This document shows, piece by piece, positions 7,661-13,813 of a stretch of 15,049 bases of DNA. The notes beneath the pieces were generated by a model. It worked only from the letters and a program-made list of their open reading frames with translations. It ran no database searches and had not been told where the DNA came from. The position numbers and the translations under genes are program-made. Source of the DNA: a virus (Duplodnaviria > Heunggongvirae > Uroviricota > Caudoviricetes); IMG/VR virus record IMGVR_UViG_3300009034_004089. One strand, written 5' to 3'. Each line of letters opens with the position of its first letter. Position 1 is the stretch's first letter.

Positions 7661-8190
7661 TGATCTATCCCCCAACAGGCTAATGCGCTTTCCTGGTCAC
7701 GACGAATAACCTGTCCATAGCAGTTATTTGAACGTATGCGGCAATCGCGCCCACCATCTTTTATCCACCAGCGAATCGCCTCGCATGCACCCTTACGATC
7801 ACCGGCATTCAGCCGCTTATAAAACGTCGACGGGAAACACTTACCGGGGCCAATGTTATAGGGACAAAATGACGCTATACCCGCTTTCTGTGGTTCGGTC
7901 AGTGGTACTTTAATATTGCGCTCCACCCATGCCAGCGCCTTATCACGTTCAATAGCGTTAACCTGGTCGCATTTTTCCTTCGACAGCCTCATTCCCGGTA
8001 TGACGGGCTTACCATCCACCATTGTGGCACCACGACAGATGGTCCATATACCGGAACCATCGCGGTATGCCGTTGTGTGGTTACCTTCTTTTTCATCCAG
8101 AAACTGGTCGAGAATATCAGGCGCAGGCGCACCGACGGCAATCAGTGCCAGAACGGCAGCCGACAGGCCGTATCTGATTTTTGCGTTCAT
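7657..8190 (-). CDS. Phage endolysin, T4-lysozyme-like (GH24), with a hydrophobic N-terminal segment suggesting a signal-anchor-release (SAR) type
   Basis: 177-aa ORF; E-x8-D-x5-T catalytic triad context ([19 protein letters not shown]); N-terminal [15 protein letters not shown] hydrophobic stretch; resembles remembered K-12 RrrD/RrrQ; stop overlaps the probable Rz start (GTGA). Confidence 0.85.
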   Translation of the reverse strand: MNAKIRYGLSAAVLALIAVGAPAPDILDQFLDEKEGNHTTAYRDGSGIWTICRGATMVDGKPVIPGMRLSKEKCDQVNAIERDKALAWVERNIKVPLTEPQKAGIASFCPYNIGPGKCFPSTFYKRLNAGDRKGACEAIRWWIKDGGRDCRIRSNNCYGQVIRRDQESALACWGIDQ

Positions 8191-8295
8191 GGATATTTAT
8201 CAGGATTTATCGGTTTCTGAACCCTGGATATGTTTATCTGTCCCGGCCTGTTGAATCAGGCAAGGAATAGTTAAATACAATAGAGAGGATTGTTT

Positions 8296-8568
8296 ATGGA
8301 CAATAGCACCATTTCTCTACAGGAGTTGCTCGACTGCATTTCCAAGCTTCGGGATGATGTAAATGCCCTTACTGTCGCATTTTCATATCTGGCATTCTCA
8401 ATTCCCAAGGAACAAATGCAACCAACACTGGCATCGCTCCAGCTTGAATCACTCAACCCCAAATGGTCCCAGCAACAACAAAATTCTTTCAAGTGGCTGG
8501 CGGTATTACTGGAAGAAAAATATGCTGGTGAAATTACCATTTCGGCGGAGTCTTCAGTGAACCAGTAA
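8296..8568 (+). CDS. Hypothetical protein (90 aa), predicted helical, not recognised
   Basis: ATG at 8296 with AGAGAGGA 6 nt upstream; protein-like composition (MDNSTISLQELLDCISKLRDDVNALTVAFSYLAFSIPKEQ...); the overlapping minus-strand frame 8271-8603 translates to low-complexity C/S-rich sequence and is less plausible. Confidence 0.5.
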   Translation: MDNSTISLQELLDCISKLRDDVNALTVAFSYLAFSIPKEQMQPTLASLQLESLNPKWSQQQQNSFKWLAVLLEEKYAGEITISAESSVNQ

Positions 8569-8878
8569 TTCTTCCCGGCAGTTTTCCTTTGTAGGTTATC
8601 CACACACCCTGCGCCTCTAAAATTATGGGGCGCTTTTCCGGTGACTGCTCATCCCCTTCACATAACCCTGCAGCAACATCCAGGAAGACCTGTCTGATGC
8701 TCCTTCTGGCTGCTGCCTCATAAAACTCCAGCGCGGCACCTTCAACACGGTCCAGCGAGATGTCCAGGTCTAAAATTTCACCGTCAAAGCGTTTTTTGTC
8801 CCGTAACGCTAAAGTTACCGTAACTTTATTCTCAAAATTGCGGATCCCTTTCACAATCAGTTCATAGTTTTGAGTCAT
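8534..8878 (-). CDS. Hypothetical protein (114 aa), not recognised; divergent from ydaG, convergent with and overlapping the 90-aa gene by 35 bp
   Basis: ATG at 8878 with GGGGAGAG 7 nt upstream; balanced composition (MTQNYELIVKGIRNFENKVTVTLALRDKKRFDGEILDLDISLDRVEGAALEFYEAAARRSIRQ...); no obvious HTH or Zn-finger motif by eye. Confidence 0.55.
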   Translation of the reverse strand: MTQNYELIVKGIRNFENKVTVTLALRDKKRFDGEILDLDISLDRVEGAALEFYEAAARRSIRQVFLDVAAGLCEGDEQSPEKRPIILEAQGVWITYKGKLPGRITGSLKTPPKW

Positions 8879-9093
8879 TGAATTACTCTCCCCGTGCAGC
8901 CTTACGCTTATCTTCTTTAATCTTGAAATAAAGATTTGTCAGATACGTCAACAGGCCAAACACCAGACTACCCAGCACACCTATTGCTGCCCACTGTGAG
9001 GGCGTGACTCTATCGAGCAACTGTAAAAACCAGTAGCCAGCACTGCCTGCGGAGGTGCCATAGGCGACACCCGGCGTTAAGGGGAGAGATAAG
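8879..9093. promoter_or_regulatory. Divergent intergenic region expected to carry the leftward-early (pL-like) promoter for ydaG-ydaF and the promoter of the 114-aa gene; contains the inverted repeat AATCTT-N6-AAGATT at 8919-8936
   Basis: 215 bp without a plausible ORF between two divergent genes that both carry GGGGAGAG-type SDs; the inverted repeat was seen directly; no confident -35/-10 call. Confidence 0.3.
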
Positions 9094-9228
9094 ATGGTGC
9101 ATTACGAAGTAGTTCAGTATTTGATGGATTGTTGCGGTATCACTTACAGCCCGGCTGTGCAGGCTTTACGTAGCAACGACTGGGATCTCTGGCAAGCAGA
9201 AGCCTCTATCCGCAACAACAAGATGTGA
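9094..9228 (+). CDS. ydaG: Rac prophage small protein YdaG (44 aa)
   Basis: ATG at 9094 preceded by AAGGGGAGAG; translation [44 protein letters not shown]; size and position (upstream of ydaF, flanking sieB) match K-12 Rac; below the ORF-track cutoff. Confidence 0.6.
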   Translation: MVHYEVVQYLMDCCGITYSPAVQALRSNDWDLWQAEASIRNNKM

Positions 9229-9238
9229 GGTGCGAAAA

Positions 9239-9394
9239 ATGCAAAAAATCGACCTCGGCAACAACGAATCCCTGGTGTGCGGCGTGTTCCCCAACCAGGA
9301 TGGAACGTTCACTGCCATGACGTATACCAAAAGCAAAACATTTAAAACCGAAACTGGTGCGCGCCGATGGTTGGAGAAGCACACAGTAAGCTAA
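9239..9394 (+). CDS. ydaF: Rac prophage small protein YdaF (51 aa)
   Basis: ATG at 9239; translation MQKIDLGNNESLVCGVFPNQDGTFTAMTYTKSKTFKTETGARRWLEKHTVS; 3' end overlaps the convergent sieB stop by 4 nt; size and order match K-12 Rac. Confidence 0.6.
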   Translation: MQKIDLGNNESLVCGVFPNQDGTFTAMTYTKSKTFKTETGARRWLEKHTVS

Positions 9395-9879
9395 CGATTA
9401 AAACGTCTACTCCTGCTGTTCCAGAATAACTTCATAAAATGGGAGTATTTTTCGGTGACGAGATAATAAGAACAGTTTGCGCTATCACTCTGATGTTGAA
9501 TGATGCCCTTCCGTTCTAATTTTTTCATAACCGGGTTACGGCAAGGAGAAGTGATAATAAGATTTCCTGTTTTAAGGAAATCTTTAAATACAGCGATTTC
9601 TTTCTCAGATAAACGAAGCAATACTCGTTGCTCTGGTAGTAATGAATAATGCTTTTGAATATGCGCTCGCAATCTTGAGAAGGAAATGGCGACCACGAAA
9701 GAAAAGGCAAAAACGATAATCTGAAAGAGCCAAGGTATTTCAGTATAAGCATTGAATGCGACAGTAAACTCTTTCGGTATCAGCCAGAGAGTGAGACCAA
9801 AAATGATAATCGTATACATAAGTCTTTCGAGTGGCTCGTTAGCAAAAAGTTTCAACAATGGAGTAAATACATCCAACAT
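9391..9879 (-). CDS. sieB: Superinfection exclusion protein B (SieB), 162 aa
   Basis: From the internal ATG at 9879 the translation MLDVFTPLLKLFANEPLERLMYTIIIFGLTLWLIPKEF... matches remembered K-12 SieB over the full length; the track ORF extends 41 codons further upstream (to 10002), which I treat as non-coding read-through. Confidence 0.85.
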   Translation of the reverse strand: MLDVFTPLLKLFANEPLERLMYTIIIFGLTLWLIPKEFTVAFNAYTEIPWLFQIIVFAFSFVVAISFSRLRAHIQKHYSLLPEQRVLLRLSEKEIAVFKDFLKTGNLIITSPCRNPVMKKLERKGIIQHQSDSANCSYYLVTEKYSHFMKLFWNSRSRRFNR

Positions 9880-10096
9880 ATCAATAACTCTCAACTGTAA
9901 GGGTATTGAAATGTTAACACAAGCTCTCGCTGTAGGGGTATAGCCGAGACCACCGAAGCCCGGAGGTGGTGAAATAAAACCGGGCACAACACGAAGGCGC
10001 ATTTCCGATATCCATAAAGAGTCGGTCTTGTCTGTTAAATTTAAATGGTGGGAGTGCGCCTCCGGTTGTAAATAACGACATTGCTGTGTGTAGTCC

Positions 10097-10145
10097 TGGC
10101 GGCATCAGTTTTTTTCTTGAAGTTCGGCTGATGTCCGCCCTTTTT
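10097..10145 (+). terminator. Candidate rho-independent terminator (plus strand) between sieB and kilR
   Basis: Inverted repeat TGGCGGCATCAG (10097-10108) / CTGATGTCCGCC (10128-10139) with a 19-nt loop, followed by CTTTTT (10140-10145). Confidence 0.45.
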
Positions 10146-10320
10146 AAAGTGAATTTTGTGATGCGGTGAATGCGGCTAAGCGCACGTGGCACAGTTAAAA
10201 GTCATGTTAGTCCTTATTGGTTTGGGTGGGAAAGCCGACTGTAATTGTTAACTGGTTGCAGTCACCTGGAGGCACCAGGCACCGCATCAACAAAGTTCAT
10301 TTGTAAAAATGGAGATAATT

Positions 10321-10542
10321 ATGATTGCACATCACTTCGGAACTGATGAAATACCACGTCAGTGTGTGACTCCTGGCGATTATGTTCTTCATGAAGGCCG
10401 GACATATATTGCCTCGGCAAACAATATTAAAAAGCGAAAACTATATATTCGTAACCTGACCACAAAAACATGCATTACTGACCGCATGATTAAAGTCTTC
10501 CTCGGTCGTGATGGTTTACCTGTAAAGGCGGAGTCATGGTGA
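10321..10542 (+). CDS. kilR: KilR, Rac prophage killing protein (FtsZ-directed division inhibitor in K-12), 73 aa
   Basis: [73 protein letters not shown] matches remembered K-12 KilR; GGAGA SD 5 nt upstream of the ATG at 10321 (the track ORF starts 4 codons earlier at 10309). Confidence 0.85.
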   Translation: MIAHHFGTDEIPRQCVTPGDYVLHEGRTYIASANNIKKRKLYIRNLTTKTCITDRMIKVFLGRDGLPVKAESW

Positions 10543-10712
10543 TGACTAAGAAAATAAAATGTGCTTACCACCTTTGCAAAAAAGACGTTGAAGAAAGCAA
10601 AGCTATTGAAAGAATGCTTCACTTCATGCACGGGATTTTATCAAAAGACGAACCGAGAAAATATTGCAGTGAAGCTTGTGCCGAAAAAGACCAGATGGCA
10701 CATGAACTTTAA
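10542..10712 (+). CDS. ydaE: YdaE, small 4-Cys zinc-ribbon-like protein (56 aa)
   Basis: ATG at 10542 overlaps the kilR stop (TGATG); translation [56 protein letters not shown] with C7, C12, C42, C46; matches size and position of K-12 YdaE; below the ORF-track cutoff. Confidence 0.7.
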   Translation: MTKKIKCAYHLCKKDVEESKAIERMLHFMHGILSKDEPRKYCSEACAEKDQMAHEL

Positions 10713-10786
10713 TTAATTGACTATTCGAAACTGAATTTATGCCAGAAATGGCAGGTATTCGCTCAACCTTAATTAAGGAGAAAAAC

Positions 10787-11062
10787 ATGATTACCAATTA
10801 TGAAGCCACTGTTGTAACTACCGATGACATTGTTCACGAGGTGAATCTGGAAGGAAAGCGCATTGGCTACGTAATTAAAACAGAAAATAAAGAAACCCCA
10901 TTCACTGTGGTTGATATCGATGGTCCATCAGGCAACGTAAAAACACTTGATGAAGGTGTCAAAAAAATGTGCCTGGTGCATATCGGAAAGAATCTGCCCG
11001 CAGAAAAAAAAGCCGAATTTCTGGCAACTCTAATTGCAATGAAATTAAAAGGTGAAATCTGA
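10787..11062 (+). CDS. racC: RacC (Rac prophage protein), 91 aa
   Basis: MITNYEATVVTTDDIVHEVNLEGKRIGYVIKTENKETPFTVVDIDGPSGNVKTLDEGVKKMCLVHIGKNLPAEKKAEFLATLIAMKLKGEI from the ATG at 10787, with AAGGAG 6 nt upstream; matches remembered K-12 RacC. Confidence 0.85.
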   Translation: MITNYEATVVTTDDIVHEVNLEGKRIGYVIKTENKETPFTVVDIDGPSGNVKTLDEGVKKMCLVHIGKNLPAEKKAEFLATLIAMKLKGEI

Positions 11063-11069
11063 AAGAAAT

Positions 11070-11090
11070 AGCCTGCGTATGGCGCAGGCT
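11070..11090 (+). promoter_or_regulatory. Short hairpin (8-bp stem AGCCTGCG / CGCAGGCT, 5-nt loop) between racC and recE; possible attenuator or processing site, not followed by a T-run
   Basis: Seen directly; lies in the racC-recE spacer, the region where K-12 sbcA-type activation of recE is known to map (established knowledge, not verified here). Confidence 0.25.
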
Positions 11091-11163
11091 ATGAACAGTG
11101 TGTATCCGGCAAGATCATTCACTGAACAAAACGAATTTTAATCTGAGTTGAGGTTAAAAAACA

Positions 11164-11439
11164 ATGAGCACAAAACCACTCTTCCTGTTACGGAAAGCGA
11201 AAAAATCATCCGGTGAACCTGACGTCGTCCTGTGGGCAAGCAACGATTTTGAATCGACCTGTGCCACTCTGGACTACCTGATCGTTAAGTCAGGTAAAAA
11301 ACTGAGCAGCTATTTTAAAGCTGTTGCCACGAATTTTCCTGTCGTTAATGACCTGCCCGCTGAAGGTGAGATCGATTTTACCTGGAGTGAACGCTATCAA
11401 CTCAGCAAAGACTCCATGACATGGGAACTAAAATCGTAG
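11164..11439 (+). pseudogene. recE: recE 5' fragment (first about 90 codons of exonuclease VIII) terminated after an internal out-of-frame deletion
   Basis: [90 protein letters not shown] matches the RecE N-terminus; reading frame ends at TAG 11437-11439 right after the deletion junction. Confidence 0.8.
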
Positions 11440-12263
11440 AAGACATAGAGCCAGGTATTTATTACGGAATTTCGAATGAGAATTACCACGCGGGTCCCGG
11501 TATCAGTAAGTCTCAGCTCGATGACATTGCTGATACTCCGGCACTATATTTGTGGCGTAAAAATGCCCCCGTGGACACCACAAAGACAAAAACGCTCGAT
11601 TTAGGAACTGCTTTCCACTGCCGGGTACTTGAACCGGAAGAATTCAGTAACCGCTTTATCGTAGCACCTGAATTTAACCGCCGTACAAACGCCGGAAAAG
11701 AAGAAGAGAAAGCGTTTCTGATGGAATGCGCAAGCACAGGAAAAACGGTTATCACTGCGGAAGAAGGCCGGAAAATTGAACTCATGTATCAAAGCGTTAT
11801 GGCTTTGCCGCTGGGGCAATGGCTTGTTGAAAGCGCCGGACACGCTGAATCATCAATTTACTGGGAAGATCCTGAAACAGGAATTTTGTGTCGGTGCCGT
11901 CCGGACAAAATTATCCCTGAATTTCACTGGATCATGGACGTGAAAACTACGGCGGATATTCAACGATTCAAAACCGCTTATTACGACTACCGCTATCACG
12001 TTCAGGATGCATTCTACAGTGACGGTTATGAAGCACAGTTTGGAGTGCAGCCAACTTTCGTTTTTCTGGTTGCCAGCACAACTATTGAATGCGGACGTTA
12101 TCCGGTTGAAATTTTCATGATGGGCGAAGAAGCAAAACTGGCAGGTCAACAGGAATATCACCGCAATCTGCGAACCCTGTCTGACTGCCTGAATACCGAT
12201 GAATGGCCAGCTATTAAGACATTATCACTACCCCGCTGGGCTAAGGAATATGCAAATGACTAA
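11421..12263 (+). CDS. recE: RecE C-terminal nuclease domain (280-aa ORF; 5'-3' dsDNA exonuclease core of exonuclease VIII)
   Basis: From [31 protein letters not shown]... to ...[11 protein letters not shown] the translation matches the C-terminal about 276 aa of K-12 RecE; the ATG at 11421 is created at the junction in a frame shifted relative to the N-terminal stub; no SD by eye; 3' end overlaps the recT start as in K-12. Confidence 0.8.
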
Positions 12264-13065
12264 GCAACCACCAATCGCAAAAGCCGATCTGCAAAAAACT
12301 CAGGGAAACCGTGCACCAGCAGCAGTTAAAAATAGCGACGTGATTAGTTTTATTAACCAGCCATCAATGAAAGAGCAACTGGCAGCAGCTCTTCCACGCC
12401 ATATGACGGCTGAACGTATGATCCGTATCGCCACCACAGAAATTCGTAAAGTTCCGGCGTTAGGAAACTGTGACACTATGAGTTTTGTCAGTGCGATCGT
12501 ACAGTGTTCACAGCTCGGACTTGAGCCAGGTAGCGCCCTCGGTCATGCATATTTACTGCCTTTTGGTAATAAAAACGAAAAGAGCGGTAAAAAGAACGTT
12601 CAGCTAATCATTGGCTATCGCGGCATGATTGATCTGGCTCGCCGTTCTGGTCAAATCGCCAGCCTGTCAGCCCGTGTTGTCCGTGAAGGTGACGAGTTTA
12701 GCTTCGAATTTGGCCTTGATGAAAAGTTAATACACCGCCCGGGAGAAAACGAAGATGCCCCGGTTACCCACGTCTATGCTGTCGCAAGACTGAAAGACGG
12801 AGGTACTCAGTTTGAAGTTATGACGCGCAAACAGATTGAGCTGGTGCGCAGCCTGAGTAAAGCTGGTAATAACGGGCCGTGGGTAACTCACTGGGAAGAA
12901 ATGGCAAAGAAAACGGCTATTCGTCGCCTGTTCAAATATCTGCCCGTATCAATTGAGATCCAGCGTGCAGTATCAATGGATGAAAAGGAACCACTGACAA
13001 TCGATCCTGCAGATTCCTCTGTATTAACCGGGGAATACAGTGTAATCGATAATTCAGAGGAATAA
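12256..13065 (+). CDS. recT: RecT single-strand annealing recombinase (269 aa)
   Basis: [65 protein letters not shown]... full-length match to remembered K-12 RecT; AAGGA SD; start overlaps the recE stop. Confidence 0.92.
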
Positions 13066-13121
13066 TTCAGCCTGGCGGTGTAATGCACCGCCAACTTGAA
13101 ATATTTTTTATGAGAAAAATT

Positions 13122-13316
13122 ATGAGATATGACAATGTTAAACCATGTCCATTTTGTGGTTGTCCATCAGTAACGGTGAAAGCCATTTCAGGATATTACC
13201 GAGCGAAGTGTAACGGATGCGAATCCCGAACCGGTTATGGTGGAAGTGAAAAAGAAGCACTCGAAAGATGGAATAAACGAACCACTGGAAATAATAATGG
13301 AGGTGTTCATGTATAA
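13122..13316 (+). CDS. ralR: RalR (Lar) restriction alleviation protein, 64 aa
   Basis: MRYDNVKPCPFCGCPSVTVKAISGYYRAKCNGCESRTGYGGSEKEALERWNKRTTGNNNGGVHV; CxxC...CxxC zinc-ribbon; matches remembered K-12 RalR; an alternative ATG lies 4 codons upstream at 13110. Confidence 0.85.
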   Translation: MRYDNVKPCPFCGCPSVTVKAISGYYRAKCNGCESRTGYGGSEKEALERWNKRTTGNNNGGVHV

Positions 13317-13518
13317 AATTACCGCCACTATTGAAAAGGAAGGTGGCACTCCTACTAACTGGACAAGATATTCAAAATCTAAACTAACGAAATCAGAATG
13401 CGAAAAAATGCTCTCAGGTAAAAAAGAAGCAGGCGTTTCCAGAGAGCAGAAAGTAAAACTGATAAATTTTAATTGCGAGAAACTTCAGTCCTCGAGAATT
13501 GCATTGTATTCAAATTAA
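13309..13518 (+). CDS. ydaC: YdaC (Rac prophage protein), 69 aa
   Basis: MYKITATIEKEGGTPTNWTRYSKSKLTKSECEKMLSGKKEAGVSREQKVKLINFNCEKLQSSRIALYSN from the ATG at 13309, with GGAGG upstream; overlaps the ralR 3' end by 8 nt. Confidence 0.8.
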   Translation: MYKITATIEKEGGTPTNWTRYSKSKLTKSECEKMLSGKKEAGVSREQKVKLINFNCEKLQSSRIALYSN

Positions 13519-13596
13519 AACTTCATAGCTGATTATTAATAATCAACATCGGGCGTCAATTTCAGTCTAACATTGGCGCCTGCCAGAGGTGATGCG

Positions 13597-13812
13597 ATGG
13601 CACAAGTAATCTTTAATGAAGAGTGGATGGTTGAATACGGCCTGATGCTTCGCACTGGTCTGGGGGCCAGACAAATTGAAGCATACCGCCAGAACTGTTG
13701 GGTGGAGGGCTTCCACTTCAAACGAGTATCTCCTTTAGGTAAGCCAGACAGCAAACGAGGGATTATCTGGTACAACTATCCAAAGATAAATCAGTTTATC
13801 AAAGACTCATGA
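13597..13812 (+). CDS. xisR: Excisionase (XisR / YdaQ), 71 aa
   Basis: [71 protein letters not shown]; GAGGTGA SD; stop abuts the int ATG (TGATATG); the track ORF begins 8 codons upstream at a TTG. Confidence 0.8.
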   Translation: MAQVIFNEEWMVEYGLMLRTGLGARQIEAYRQNCWVEGFHFKRVSPLGKPDSKRGIIWYNYPKINQFIKDS

Positions 13813-13813
13813 T

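Noticed and set aside
7163-7675. 170-aa ORF reading through the N-run (X stretch) and the 7225-7440 and 7249-7509 ORFs
   Set aside because: These frames exist only because Ns are translated as X; the real gene content is the two Rz segments on either side of an assembly gap.
7728-8254. Plus-strand ORFs 7728-7913 and 7916-8254
   Set aside because: Antisense to the endolysin gene.
8271-8603. 110-aa minus-strand ORF and the 65-aa plus ORF 8363-8560
   Set aside because: Alternative frames of the convergent pair with low-complexity, Cys/Ser-rich translations; the 8296-8568 plus frame and 8534-8878 minus frame are more protein-like and have SDs.
9880-10002. 41-codon N-terminal extension of the sieB ORF (track ORF 9391-10002)
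   Set aside because: K-12 SieB as I recall it starts at MLDVFTPLL (162 aa); the extension is probably non-coding read-through from an alternative start upstream.
9166-10192. ORFs 9166-9384 (minus), 9525-9752 (minus), 9752-9943 (plus), 9914-10192 (minus)
   Set aside because: Antisense or alternative-frame to ydaG/ydaF/sieB, or lying across the terminator hairpin.
10389-10631. 80-aa minus-strand ORF
   Set aside because: Antisense to kilR and ydaE.
11513-13094. Minus-strand ORFs 11513-11785, 11601-11843, 11853-12161, 12888-13094
   Set aside because: Antisense to recE and recT, which are unambiguous.
13237-13316. N-terminal 24 codons of the 93-aa track ORF (MVEVKKKHSK...)
   Set aside because: This is the ralR 3' end read in another frame; ydaC begins at the ATG at 13309 with its own GGAGG SD.
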